DNA of 64,000 nt from Longimicrobiales bacterium (GCA_965204735.1 OZ242008.1:3520001-3584000); one strand, 5' to 3'; positions 10,258 to 20,437 are shown, counted from the first letter of the stretch. The notes: generated by a model from the letters alone, not told the origin. Numbers and translations are program-made.

Positions 10258-11652
10258 TTGAGCGCCACTCTTGCGGGACTGCTGCTGTACGTCGCGCTGA
10301 TCTCGGCGGTGGGGCTGGCGATAGGCCGGCGCGTAGCGGGCACGGCGGACTTCTTCGTCGCCGGACGGACGCTGGGGCCGGGACTTCTGCTGGCAACCCT
10401 GCTGGCAGCCAACATCGGGGCGGGCTCGACGGTGCACGCGGCCAGCTTGGGGTATCGGGACGGCGTCGCGGCGTGGTGGTGGGTCGGCTCCGCGGGCTTG
10501 GGGACGGTGGTTCTGGCGCTTTGGATCGGCCCCCGGATCTGGCGGGCGGCCAAGGCCAACTCGCTCCTCACGGTGGGCGACTACCTGGAGCACCGCTACG
10601 GCGCCACGGTGCGCGCGACGATGACGGCCCTCCTCTGGCTCGGGACGCTGGCGATCCTGGCCGCCCAGCTCATCGCCATGGCCTGGATCCTGGAAGTCGT
10701 GGCGGGAGCCCCCCGGTGGCTGGGCGCCACCGCCGGCGGCGCCGTGATGACCCTCTACTTTGTCGCAGGCGGCCTTCTGAGCTCGGCCTGGGTCAACTTG
10801 GTCCAGCTGTGCGTCCTACTGACGGGGTTCGCCGTCGCGGTGCCCTTGGCGGCGGACGGCGTGGGCGGCGTGGGCGCGTTGCTGGCGGACGCGAAGAGCC
10901 GCCCCGGCCACCTCGACTTCTTCGGCAACGGCGGCTCCGGCTGGCACTACGTGGCGCTCCTGGCGCCCGCCTTCATCGTGTCGCCGGGGATCCTTCAGAA
11001 GACCTTCGGCGCCCGGGACGAAAGAACGGTCCGCCTGGGGCTGGGGGCGTGCGCGGTCGCGCTGATGCTCTTCGCCTGCCTCCCGGTCGCCCTGGGGATC
11101 GTCGCCCGCGCGGCGGCGCCGGCCCTGGACAACCCGGAGACGGCGCTGCCGGTGATCCTCGCCCAGGGCGTGCCCGAATGGGTGGGACTGCTGGGACTGG
11201 CGGCGGTTCTTTCGGCCGAGATCAGTTCGGCGGACGCGATCCTCTTCATGCTTTCCACCTCCCTCTCCCGCGACCTGTACAAGCGCTTCGCGAACCCGGA
11301 GGCGACGGACCGGCAGGTGCTGGGCGTCGCCCGCTGGGCCGCCGTGGCAGGCGGATCGGCGGGGATTCTCCTGGCGGTGGCGTTGCCCGACTTGGCCTCG
11401 GCGCTGACGATCTTCTACTCGCTCCTGGGCGTGAGCCTCTTCGTGCCCGTCGTGGCCGGGCTGCACTCGCGGCGTCCGGGTTCGGCAGAGGCGCTGGCGG
11501 CCGCCGGGGCAGGGATCGCGGCGCTGCTCTGGACCCAGGCGGCCGGAGACCAGGGTCCATGGGACTCGATGCCGCCGACGGCGTGGGGGCTGGCCGGGGC
11601 GGCTGCCGGGTTCGGAGCGGCGTTCGCTGTGCGACGGGTGCGAAGCGCGTAG
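10258..11652 (+). CDS. Sodium:solute symporter
   Basis: FFVAGR, ~12 TM segments, LAAVLSAEISSAD; TTG start. Confidence 0.9.
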   Translation: MSATLAGLLLYVALISAVGLAIGRRVAGTADFFVAGRTLGPGLLLATLLAANIGAGSTVHAASLGYRDGVAAWWWVGSAGLGTVVLALWIGPRIWRAAKANSLLTVGDYLEHRYGATVRATMTALLWLGTLAILAAQLIAMAWILEVVAGAPRWLGATAGGAVMTLYFVAGGLLSSAWVNLVQLCVLLTGFAVAVPLAADGVGGVGALLADAKSRPGHLDFFGNGGSGWHYVALLAPAFIVSPGILQKTFGARDERTVRLGLGACAVALMLFACLPVALGIVARAAAPALDNPETALPVILAQGVPEWVGLLGLAAVLSAEISSADAILFMLSTSLSRDLYKRFANPEATDRQVLGVARWAAVAGGSAGILLAVALPDLASALTIFYSLLGVSLFVPVVAGLHSRRPGSAEALAAAGAGIAALLWTQAAGDQGPWDSMPPTAWGLAGAAAGFGAAFAVRRVRSA

Positions 11653-11660
11653 CTTCCTCC

Positions 11661-12677
11661 ATGCCCTCGAAGCCGTTTCCCAAGGAAATCCGAACCTGCG
11701 AGATGCACACCGGCGGAGAGCCGGTGCGGATCGTCACGGCCGGGTACCCCGAGGTTCGCGGCGCCACGATCCTCGACAAGCGGCGCTGGGCCCGGGAGCA
11801 CGTGGACCACCTGCGCCGCTTCCTGATGCTGGAGCCCCGCGGCCACGACGACATGTACGGCGTGATTCCCGTGACGCCGGACCACCCGGAGGCCGATCTG
11901 GCCGTCCTCTTCTGCCACAACGAGGGCTACTCCACCATGTGCGGACACGCCACCATCGCCGTGGCCCGGTGGGCGGTGGACAGCGGGCTGGTGGAGGCGA
12001 CGGAGCCGGTCGCGACGGTGCGGATCCAGTGTCCGTGCGGTCTGGTGGTCGCCCACGTGGACGTACGGGACGGGCGGACCGGCGGCGTGCGCTTCGAGAG
12101 CGCAGGCGCCTTCGCCGCGGCGCTGGACGCGACGGTTCACGTGCACGGCGACCGCCCGGTGCAGGTGGACGTGGGCTACGGCGGCGCCTTCTACGCGCTG
12201 CTCCCGGCCGCCCGCTTCGGTCTGGACGTGCGGACCTCGTCGGTTCGCTCGCTCGTGGAGGCGGCGTGGGCCGTCACCTGCGCGGCCAGGGCCCAGCTGG
12301 AGCTTTCCCACCCCGAGCACCCGGACCTGGGCTTCCTCTACGGCGCCATCCTGACCGACGGAACCACTGGGGCGGACCGCCCGAGCGCCAACGTCTGCGT
12401 CTTCGCCGACCGGCAGGTCGATCGGAGCCCCACGGGCAGCGGCGTGACGGCCCGCATGGCGGTCCAGAGGGCGAGGGGCCAAGTCGCCGCCGGAGAGGAA
12501 CGCCGCTTCTCCAGCCTGACGGGTTCGGTGTTCACCGGCCGCGTGCTGGAGGATGCGCGGGTGGGCGAGCACGACGCCGTCACCGTGCTGGTGGGCGGTC
12601 GGGCCCACTACACGGGGTCCGCCGTCTTTCGGGCCGAGGAGGGGGACCCGCTGGCAGGCGGGTTCTCTCTGCGCTGA
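11661..12677 (+). CDS. Proline racemase family, trans-3-hydroxy-L-proline dehydratase type
   Basis: MHTGGEP, EPRGHDDMYG, MCGH and DRSPTGSG (Cys/Thr catalytic pair). Confidence 0.85.
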   Translation: MPSKPFPKEIRTCEMHTGGEPVRIVTAGYPEVRGATILDKRRWAREHVDHLRRFLMLEPRGHDDMYGVIPVTPDHPEADLAVLFCHNEGYSTMCGHATIAVARWAVDSGLVEATEPVATVRIQCPCGLVVAHVDVRDGRTGGVRFESAGAFAAALDATVHVHGDRPVQVDVGYGGAFYALLPAARFGLDVRTSSVRSLVEAAWAVTCAARAQLELSHPEHPDLGFLYGAILTDGTTGADRPSANVCVFADRQVDRSPTGSGVTARMAVQRARGQVAAGEERRFSSLTGSVFTGRVLEDARVGEHDAVTVLVGGRAHYTGSAVFRAEEGDPLAGGFSLR

Positions 12678-12817
12678 AGCCGGGTCGAAGATCGGACTCG
12701 CTTCCGTCGGCTTGGCAGGGTAGATTCGGAGTCGACGGCCGCGTTGGCGCAGGCTCCGGCGGCGTCGCGGCAGACTCCAGCCAAGAGCGTTTCGATCCCC
12801 CGGGAGAGGTGAAGGCG

Positions 12818-13330
12818 ATGACCCGTTTCCGCTTTGCCGCTCGGCGCGTCCGTCCGCGGTTCGCCGTCGCGCTCCTCGCGACCGGGTGCGTCACCACCGC
12901 GCCCGTCTCCTACATGGGCGTCACGTCGCCGGGCAAGGAAGACGCCTTCCAATGCGCCATCGCGCAGCTCAACCTGATGGGCTACAACATCGAGGACGGC
13001 AACGCCGACATCGGCTTCGTCCGAGGGCGGAAGCAGACTTCCGGGGTCGTCGAGGAGATATTCCTGGGCAACGCCTACGTGGACCTGCTGACGGTGTCCG
13101 CCTTCGACAACCCCCAGGCGGGCACCACCCACCTGCGCGCCGTGGCGTCCCAGGTCGCCGACAAGGACATCAGCTTGATCGGCGGCGTGTCGTTGGACGA
13201 GGACCTGGAGCAGGGCGAGAGGCAGATCGAGCCTTCGGAAACCGGCAAGGCGGACGCCCAGGCGCTGCTCGCCAACTGCGGCGTGAGCCAGATCACGGGA
13301 CCGCCGCCCGACGGCGACCGGCTTCCCTAA
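12818..13330 (+). CDS. Hypothetical lipoprotein
   Basis: Signal ending LLATGC, RBS upstream, coding-like composition. Confidence 0.7.
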   Translation: MTRFRFAARRVRPRFAVALLATGCVTTAPVSYMGVTSPGKEDAFQCAIAQLNLMGYNIEDGNADIGFVRGRKQTSGVVEEIFLGNAYVDLLTVSAFDNPQAGTTHLRAVASQVADKDISLIGGVSLDEDLEQGERQIEPSETGKADAQALLANCGVSQITGPPPDGDRLP

Positions 13331-13469
13331 AGGCGCCGGAGGCGGAGTTCGACGTCGCCGAGGCGGTGGAGGCGGAAGGCTTCGGGTCGAGGGCGCCGGG
13401 CCGCGGGCGCTCCGGCCGACGCGGGCGCACCTCCCTGAATTGCACGTTTCGGAGGCGGCCGGCATCGGC

Positions 13470-14348
13470 ATGAACGGAGACCGCATCGGTCGCAGGGAGT
13501 TTCTGGCACGGTCGGCGGCGTGCTCCGGCGCTCTCCTGCTCGCGGGGCGCGGGGTCGAAGCCCGCGCAGCGACCCGTCCACTCCGCGCCGAAGCTTGGCC
13601 GGAGCGGATCGGCATTCAGCTCTACACGGTTCGCTCCCTCATGGCGGACGATCCGGCGGCGACCCTCGACGCGCTGGCCGCCGTCGGCTACCGCGAGGTC
13701 GAGTTCGCGGGCTACTTCGGCCACGCTCCAGCCACGCTCCGGGAGTGGCTGGACGGAGCGGGCATCGCGGCCCCGGCGGCCCACGCGAGCATGGAGGAGC
13801 TCTCGGGCGCGGGGCTCGCGGCGTCGCTGGAAGCCGCCGTCGCGCTGGACCACCGATGGCTGGTCCTGCCCTGGATCCCCGCCGAGCAGCGAACGCCTGA
13901 CGGCTACCGAGCCGTCGCCGACGCCCTGAACCGCGCGGGCGCGGCGGCGCGGACAGCGGGCGCGCGGGTCGCTTACCACAACCACGACTTCGAGTTCGAG
14001 CCCCTCGCCGAGCCTTCCGGCCCGACCGGCTACGACCTCCTCTTGGAGCGCCTCGACCCGTCGCTGGTGGACTTGGAGCTCGACGTCCACTGGTCGACCG
14101 TCGCCGGGGTCCCTTTCGAGCAACTCTTTGCAGACCACCCAGGCCGCTTTGCGCTGTGTCACCTGAAGGACTTGGACGCCCAGGGCCGGATGGCCGACGT
14201 GGGCGCGGGCACGATCGACTGGTCCGCCGTCTTCGCCCTTTCCGGCGAGGCGGGAGTGCGCCACTACTTCGTGGAGCACGACGACCCCGCCGACCCTCTG
14301 GCGTCGGCCCGGGCCAGCTACCGCTACTTGTCCCAGGAGGTCCCATGA
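13470..14348 (+). CDS. Tat-exported sugar phosphate isomerase/epimerase (xylose-isomerase-like TIM barrel)
   Basis: GRREFL Tat motif; GIQLYTVR, YHNHDFEF, ELDVHW, HLKD, FVEHD. Confidence 0.9.
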   Translation: MNGDRIGRREFLARSAACSGALLLAGRGVEARAATRPLRAEAWPERIGIQLYTVRSLMADDPAATLDALAAVGYREVEFAGYFGHAPATLREWLDGAGIAAPAAHASMEELSGAGLAASLEAAVALDHRWLVLPWIPAEQRTPDGYRAVADALNRAGAAARTAGARVAYHNHDFEFEPLAEPSGPTGYDLLLERLDPSLVDLELDVHWSTVAGVPFEQLFADHPGRFALCHLKDLDAQGRMADVGAGTIDWSAVFALSGEAGVRHYFVEHDDPADPLASARASYRYLSQEVP

Positions 14349-15931
14349 GCGGATCGACCGCCGCCGGTCCCGGTCCCGCCCGGGCCTCCGGCGAAGCGCC
14401 CTGCGACGCGGCCCGGCTCTTCTTCGGCAGCTGCGTCGCGCTCGTCGCCACGTCGGTGGCCTTCGCCACGGTGGGCGCGGTCATGTTCGACCTGAAGGGC
14501 GAGTTCCTCCTCTCCAACGCCCAGGTCGGATGGATCGCCGGGGTGGCGCTGGGAGGGTTCGCGCTCTCCCAGCTCCTGTTCTCGCCGCTTTGCGACACCC
14601 TGGGGATGCGCTTCCTGCTCCGGCTGGCCTTCGTCGGCCACCTGGCCGGGTCGCTTGCGATGGTCTTCGCGGGCGGCTTCGGCGCCCTCTACGCCGGCGC
14701 CTTGGTGCTGGCCATGGCGAACGGCTTGGTGGAGGCGGCTTGCAACCCTCTGGTGGCGGCGCTCTACCCCCGCGACAAGACGGTGAAGCTCAACCAGTTC
14801 CACGTCTGGTTCCCCGGCGGGATCGTGCTCGGAGGAGTGGCGGCGTACGCCCTGGACGCGGCCGGGCTGGGCTGGTGGCAGCTCAAGATCGGATTGATTC
14901 TGATTCCCACGCTCGGCTACGGCGTCCTCTTGCTCGGGCGCCGCTTCCCCCCGACGGAGGGCGTGCGTTCCGGCGTGTCGATGCGCGCGATGTTCAAGGC
15001 CGCCCTGACCACGCCTCTCATGCTGCTCATGCTGGGGTGCATGGCCCTGACCGCGTCCGTCGAGCTGGGACCCAACCGCTGGATCCCGGCCGTGCTGGAG
15101 GCGGGCGGGATGCCCGGGATACTCGTGCTCGTCTACATCAACGGGCTGATGGCGGTCCTCCGCTACAAGGCAGGACCGGTCGTGCACCGCTTGTCGCCCA
15201 CGGGAATCCTCCTGGCGTCGGCGGTGGCGTCGGGGGCGGGGCTGCTGTGGCTGAGCGCCGGGGGCTCCGCCTGGTCGGTGTTCGCCGCGGCCACGGTGTT
15301 CGCCGTCGGCGTCTGCTACTTCTGGCCGACGATGCTGGGGTTCGTCTCGGAGCGGGTGCCCCGCGGCGGTGCGCTGGCCCTGGGCTTGATGGGCGCAGTG
15401 GGGATGGCCGTCGTGGGCTGGGGCACGTCGCCGCTGATGGGCAAGATCGCCGACCGCCACGCCCACCAGGAGCTTCCGGAAGACGCGGTGGTCCTGACGC
15501 TGGCGGAAGCCCGGGGCGCTCTGGAGTCCCAGTCGCTGCGCACGCCTGGACCGGAAGGAGATGACTTGCGCTCCGCCCTCGCCGCCACGACGGCGGTGCT
15601 GGCCTCGGTGGACGAGAACGGCTCGCTGCCGCCGGTCGCGACGGCCAATGCGCTTCGGGCCGTGATCTCGTCGGGCTCCACTTCGCCGGCGGTCGACCGG
15701 GCCTCGGCCCTCCTGGGGCCGGCGGAGAACCACGGCGGACTCGTCTCCTTCCGCTACGTCGTGCCTCTCTGCGGCGTCCTGGCGCTCGTCTTCGGCGCGC
15801 TGCACGTCCGGGACCGCGCTCGCCGCCGAAGCCCCCCCCCCCCCCCCCCCCCCTATGAATCCTTCGCTCGGCGGCGCCCGACGGTTGCAGGGCCGGAGCC
15901 GCGTAGACGCGGGGAACGATGGACACTATGA
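14345..15931 (+). CDS. MFS transporter (3' end depends on C22 tract)
   Basis: 12-TM pattern, NGLVEAACNPLVAALYP, FHVWFPGGIVLG; ATGA overlap with upstream gene. Confidence 0.88.
   Translation: MSGSTAAGPGPARASGEAPCDAARLFFGSCVALVATSVAFATVGAVMFDLKGEFLLSNAQVGWIAGVALGGFALSQLLFSPLCDTLGMRFLLRLAFVGHLAGSLAMVFAGGFGALYAGALVLAMANGLVEAACNPLVAALYPRDKTVKLNQFHVWFPGGIVLGGVAAYALDAAGLGWWQLKIGLILIPTLGYGVLLLGRRFPPTEGVRSGVSMRAMFKAALTTPLMLLMLGCMALTASVELGPNRWIPAVLEAGGMPGILVLVYINGLMAVLRYKAGPVVHRLSPTGILLASAVASGAGLLWLSAGGSAWSVFAAATVFAVGVCYFWPTMLGFVSERVPRGGALALGLMGAVGMAVVGWGTSPLMGKIADRHAHQELPEDAVVLTLAEARGALESQSLRTPGPEGDDLRSALAATTAVLASVDENGSLPPVATANALRAVISSGSTSPAVDRASALLGPAENHGGLVSFRYVVPLCGVLALVFGALHVRDRARRRSPPPPPPPYESFARRRPTVAGPEPRRRGERWTL
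15832..15853. repeat. C22 homopolymer
   Basis: 22 consecutive C. Confidence 0.95.
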
Positions 15932-15961
15932 GTCCTTCGCTCGGCGGCGCCCGACGGTTGC
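15853..15961. repeat. 36-bp direct repeat pair with 37-bp insert
   Basis: ctatga(a/g)tccttcgctcggcggcgcccgacggttgc at 15853-15888 and 15926-15961. Confidence 0.9.
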
Positions 15962-15962
15962 G

Positions 15963-17165
15963 GTGAACCCTCACCTCGGTCGGAAGCTCCGATACGGGAT
16001 GGTCGGGGGCGGTCCAGGGGCCTTCATCGGCGGGGTCCACCGGACGGCGACGAGACTGCACGGGGAATGGGAACTGGTTGCCGGGGCCTTCTCTTCTTCG
16101 GCGGCGCGCTCGCGGGAGCAGGGCCGGGCGCTGGGGCTGGACCCGGCAAGGGTCTACGACGACTACCTCCAGATGGCGAAGGCGGAGGGGGCCTTGCCGA
16201 AGGACTCGCGCATCGACGCCGTGGTGGTGGCGACGCCGAACCACCTTCACCATCGCGTCGCCAAGGCGTTTCTGGACGCGGAAGTGCACGTGGTCTGCGA
16301 CAAGCCGATGACCACGACGGCGGCGGACGCGGAGGAGCTGGGCCGGGCCGTGGAACGGGCTCGCCTCGTCTTGGCCGTGACGTACAACTACACGGGCTAT
16401 CCGATGGTCAAGGAAGCTCGCCGCCAACTCTCGGACGGTCGCCTCGGCACGCTGCGCAAGGTCGTGGCCGAGTACTCGCAGGGCTGGCTGGCCAAGCGCC
16501 TGGAGGAATCGGGCCACAAGCAGGCGGCGTGGCGGCTGGACCCGGCGCAGGCCGGTCCGTCGTCGGCCGTGGCCGACATCGGGTCCCACGCGCACAACTT
16601 GATTCGCTACGTGACGGGACTTCAGGTCGAGCAGGTCTTCGCCGACGTGGCCAGCTTGGTGCCGGGTCGAGCGATGGAGGACGACGCGGGGGTGCTGCTC
16701 AGGTTCGAGGGAGGCGCCCGGGGCGTGCTCACCGTGAGCCAGGTGTGCGCCGGCGAGGAGAACGGGCTGCGGCTGCGCGTCTACGGGGAGGCGGGCGGCT
16801 TGGACTGGCGGCAAGAGCGGCCGAACGAGCTGCGGCTGCTCCTTCCCGACGCGCCGGCCCAGCGGCTCACGAGAGGGAGTCCCTACTTGTCGGCGGCGGC
16901 CCGACACGCGGCTCGCCTGCCTCCCGGCCACCCGGAGGGCTTCATGGAGGCGTTCGCCAACATCTACCTGAACGCAGGGCGCACCATCGGCGCCGCGCTG
17001 GCGGGCACGAACCCCGACCCCCTGGAACGGGATTTTCCGGACCACGTCGACGGCCTCCGGGGAGTGCGCTTCGTGGAGAGCGTGCTGCGGTCGGCTCGAG
17101 AAGAGCGCTGGACGGCAGTGGGGCCGGCGAGGCGTGCCCGCGACGAGCGCGCGCACGCGCCATGA
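15963..17165 (+). CDS. Gfo/Idh/MocA oxidoreductase
   Basis: GMVGGGPGAFIG, ATPNHLH, CDKP, DIGSHA, PGHPEGFMEAFANIY; GTG start chosen (ATG 15855 also in frame). Confidence 0.9.
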   Translation: MNPHLGRKLRYGMVGGGPGAFIGGVHRTATRLHGEWELVAGAFSSSAARSREQGRALGLDPARVYDDYLQMAKAEGALPKDSRIDAVVVATPNHLHHRVAKAFLDAEVHVVCDKPMTTTAADAEELGRAVERARLVLAVTYNYTGYPMVKEARRQLSDGRLGTLRKVVAEYSQGWLAKRLEESGHKQAAWRLDPAQAGPSSAVADIGSHAHNLIRYVTGLQVEQVFADVASLVPGRAMEDDAGVLLRFEGGARGVLTVSQVCAGEENGLRLRVYGEAGGLDWRQERPNELRLLLPDAPAQRLTRGSPYLSAAARHAARLPPGHPEGFMEAFANIYLNAGRTIGAALAGTNPDPLERDFPDHVDGLRGVRFVESVLRSAREERWTAVGPARRARDERAHAP

Positions 17166-18715
17166 GGCCGAGGCCGACATCGGTTCGATACAACGATTGG
17201 CGTCGCGTGAAGGCGCAGCCGCTCGACGGCTTCGAGCCTTCCCTTCCCGTGAGCGTGATCATTCCGTACTTCCAGACCCCCACCGAAACCGAGAAGACCT
17301 TGGCCGCGCTCGAGGGCCAGTCGTATCCCCGAGAACTCTTCGAGGTGGTCGTGGTCGACGACGGGTCGGAGCCGCCCTTCCGACAGGTCGGCGCGTGCCC
17401 GCTCCGACTCAAGACGGCACGTCAGCCGCGTCGCGGCTTTGGACTTGCCAGAGCGCGCAACTTGGGCGCCCGGGTCGCATCTCACGACATCCTCCTCTTC
17501 CTCGACAGCGACATGTTGCCGGAAGCCGGATGGATCGCCGCCCACGCCCGGTGGCATCACGTCCTCTCGGACGCGCTGACCGTGGGAATCCGCAAGAACG
17601 CGGCAACCAGCGACGTAAGCGCAGATGCGATCCGGGAGCGACCCGGCTCTCTCTCCGACCTCTTTCCGGATCCGCCCCCGACTGCGTGCTGGGTCGAGGA
17701 CCACTTGGCGCGAACCGCCGACCTGACTTCCAAGCACGACGATCCGTTCAGCGTCGTCGTCGGGGCCAACTTCGGGATGCGGAGGACGCACTACGGCGCC
17801 ATCGGCGGAACGGACGAGAGCTTCCGCCGCTGGGGAGTGGAAGACGTGGAGCTGGGGTACCGCGCCTACGCCCACGGAGGCCTGCTGGTGCCCGTTCGGG
17901 AGGCGACGGCGTGGCACCAGGGTCTTGGCGCGGACCACCGAGCGGCCAAGGAGCGCTCGAACTGGATCAACCGGGGCAAGGGCGCGCACCGAATCGCCCA
18001 CCCGCGCTACCGCCACGCCACGCCGGGACGGCACTTCGCCGTGCCCAGGCACGTGGTGACGCTGGACGCGCGGCGCCCGCGCCCGGACCACGTTGTTCGG
18101 ACCGTGGCCAAGCTGCTGGCCGACCGGGTGCACGATCTGGTGGTGCGGGTCGAAGCCGGACCGGACGACGACGACCGCGCCGAGTACGTTCGCAACGAGC
18201 TCGGCCCGGACCCCCGCGTGCGAGTGAACCCGCGCCGTTCGATCCTCGACGAGTTCCCGGCGTCCGCCTTTCATGTCCAGGTGCCGGGAAGCGCGGTCTT
18301 CGCCCGAGGCCTTGTCCATCGACTGGAAGCGCATCTGGGCGACGCGGTCCAAATGAAGGCGCTCCTGTCGGACGGCTGCGCCCTGACGGTCACGAGGGTG
18401 TGGGCGCTTCACCGAGCCCGTCGCGCGGGAGCGGAACCCGCCGCTTTCGGGGACGTGCGGAACGTTCCCGCTTCTCGCCTGCGCGTCCGGGCGGCTGCGC
18501 TCGACCGCAGCGACGACGGAGCGGCGTCCTTGGAGGTCGCGCCCTATCCGAGTCGCCGCGAGGCGGCCCTGCGGGAAGTGCAGGACGTTCGCGGCGTCGC
18601 CGGCGCGGCCGTGTTCTTGCGAAGAACGGCCCGCCGGATCCTCTGGCGGCTAACGAGCGGGTGGAGGGCGCCCCGCGAACGGCCGGCCCGAGCGTCCGGC
18701 CCGTCGCGACCCTGA
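17162..18715 (+). CDS. Glycosyltransferase family 2
   Basis: VSVIIP, VVVDDGS, ARARNLG, FLDSD, WGVEDVELGYR. Confidence 0.88.
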   Translation: MRPRPTSVRYNDWRRVKAQPLDGFEPSLPVSVIIPYFQTPTETEKTLAALEGQSYPRELFEVVVVDDGSEPPFRQVGACPLRLKTARQPRRGFGLARARNLGARVASHDILLFLDSDMLPEAGWIAAHARWHHVLSDALTVGIRKNAATSDVSADAIRERPGSLSDLFPDPPPTACWVEDHLARTADLTSKHDDPFSVVVGANFGMRRTHYGAIGGTDESFRRWGVEDVELGYRAYAHGGLLVPVREATAWHQGLGADHRAAKERSNWINRGKGAHRIAHPRYRHATPGRHFAVPRHVVTLDARRPRPDHVVRTVAKLLADRVHDLVVRVEAGPDDDDRAEYVRNELGPDPRVRVNPRRSILDEFPASAFHVQVPGSAVFARGLVHRLEAHLGDAVQMKALLSDGCALTVTRVWALHRARRAGAEPAAFGDVRNVPASRLRVRAAALDRSDDGAASLEVAPYPSRREAALREVQDVRGVAGAAVFLRRTARRILWRLTSGWRAPRERPARASGPSRP

Positions 18716-20437
18716 AGTCGCTCGGAACACGACGCCGTCGGCCAGCTCCGCCTCCACGACCATGCTCGGCAGGGAGCGCAAGTCCTCTTCGTCGTACTCG
18801 AAGCCGACCTCCGCATCGAACTTGAACCACACGAGGCGGAGGACTTGCCCCTCCTCGATTCGTTGCTTCGCCCTCTCCAGCTGCCTGGGGAAGCCGCGGT
18901 ACTTCCCAATCACGTCTTCCCCGGCCTTGAGAGCCAGCTGAGCATGGAGCAGGCCGAAGCGGGAGTTCGCATGCACGCTTGCATCGACAGGGTTTTCCCG
19001 CAGGTACTGGATCGTCTCCGACTCGTCCCAGTAGGCCGTGTTGAACAACTTGCCGTGATACCCCGACTCCATGGCCTGCGCCGTTCGGGCGATGCTGGTC
19101 CGCGTTCCCAGCGCCAAGCTTCCGGCGCCTCCGGCCAGCACCACGCCAGCGACGCTCGTCTTGACCCAGGTCCTCCAACCGGCGGCAGCGAGCCCGATCC
19201 AGCGGTCCACGCCGACGGCGGCGGCGATCAGCAACGGCACGTAGAGCGGAATCAGGAAGTGCCAGCTCATCCCGGGCCCGTCCCCGTCTGCCGCGTCCCA
19301 TGCGCGCCCACTGCTTACTGCAACTACGATGAAGATCGTGTACACCGAGCAAAACACGCCAAGCACCGTCAACGGACTCGCGTTCCAAGCGCGTCGCGAG
19401 GACCGTCGGCCGGCCGAAGCGACGCAGACGGCGCCGCATACTGCGACCAGGAGAACGGCGGACGCCCACAGCAACGGCGCAAGCCACTCCGGTCCGCCGG
19501 CTGGAACCACGGCGCTGCGCACCAAGACGGCGACTTGACCAAGCGACTCGAAGACGGACTGGCCCAGGTCGGGGTTGCCGCTGGGCTTGTCCCAGTGCCC
19601 GAAGAGCAAGCGATTGCGCATCGCCACCGCGGCCAGCGGAAGCAGCGACGCGCCCGCGAACGCCGCCGATCGTCCAGCCCTGGCGACAAGACGTTGCCGA
19701 GGTTGCAGGAGCAGCAGCAGGGCGCCCGTGGCGACAACGGTGACGCCGGCGTATCGAGTGGTTGCGGCCAACGCCGAGCACGCGGCCGCCAGGGCCAGGG
19801 AAGTCCGGGTTGGGCGGCGGTTCAGAAAGGAGTCCAGATGCATCAACGCGAGCAGCGAAAGAAGGACGAAGAGCGCCTCGGTCAATGCGGTCGAAGCGAA
19901 GTGGTCGAGATAGGGAGAGGTCGCAACTGCCAGCGTCGCTCCAGCGGCCAGCAGGCGCGAACCGACCGTCCGGCGCAGCCAAAGGCCCGCGGCCAGGATC
20001 GTCAGCCCGAAGGCCGCGGCGTTGACCAGGCGCGAGGCGTCGTGGGGCTCTATCCCGGCAAGATGGCCGACTGCGGCCAGCAACAGTGGAAACAGGGGTG
20101 GCCATGGAAGCAGAGCGTTGCCCAAGAAGTCTTGGAAGCCATGCCCGGCAAGCAGGTTCGAGGCGATTGAGATGTAGGAGACGCTGTCCACATCGATGCC
20201 GGCCCCGTAGGCGCTCGTGCGAACCAGAACGTGAAGTGTTCCCAAGCACGCGAACGCGGCCCCGAGCAGGGTCAGGCCCAAGTGGTCGCGGCGGCGATCA
20301 ACGCTTCGGTGCGGGGGTTGACTCCCTTGCGGGCGGGCATGAGCGTGCGTGGACGGCGGCACTCGGGGATCGCCCGTCCGCTCGTCGAGAGGGTCTGCAG
20401 AAGGAACCGCGCCGCGGAACCTGGGAGTCCTCGCCAT
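18650..20437 (-). CDS. GT-C fold (ArnT/PMT-like) membrane glycosyltransferase
   Basis: DSVSY, WPPLFPLLLA, TEALF, TRYAG, many TM segments; start uncertain. Confidence 0.7.
   Translation of the reverse strand: MARTPRFRGAVPSADPLDERTGDPRVPPSTHAHARPQGSQPPHRSVDRRRDHLGLTLLGAAFACLGTLHVLVRTSAYGAGIDVDSVSYISIASNLLAGHGFQDFLGNALLPWPPLFPLLLAAVGHLAGIEPHDASRLVNAAAFGLTILAAGLWLRRTVGSRLLAAGATLAVATSPYLDHFASTALTEALFVLLSLLALMHLDSFLNRRPTRTSLALAAACSALAATTRYAGVTVVATGALLLLLQPRQRLVARAGRSAAFAGASLLPLAAVAMRNRLLFGHWDKPSGNPDLGQSVFESLGQVAVLVRSAVVPAGGPEWLAPLLWASAVLLVAVCGAVCVASAGRRSSRRAWNASPLTVLGVFCSVYTIFIVVAVSSGRAWDAADGDGPGMSWHFLIPLYVPLLIAAAVGVDRWIGLAAAGWRTWVKTSVAGVVLAGGAGSLALGTRTSIARTAQAMESGYHGKLFNTAYWDESETIQYLRENPVDASVHANSRFGLLHAQLALKAGEDVIGKYRGFPRQLERAKQRIEEGQVLRLVWFKFDAEVGFEYDEEDLRSLPSMVVEAELADGVVFRATSGSRRAGRSGRPFAGRPPPAR

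Noticed and set aside
13310..13400. Frameshifted extension of the lipoprotein (KAPEAEFDVAEAVEAEG in another frame)
   Set aside because: Coding-like but short, and unsupported without homolog alignment.
15853..15961. Canonical CRISPR array
   Set aside because: Only two copies per locus, repeats unrelated between loci, no leader or cas genes; reported as scars instead.
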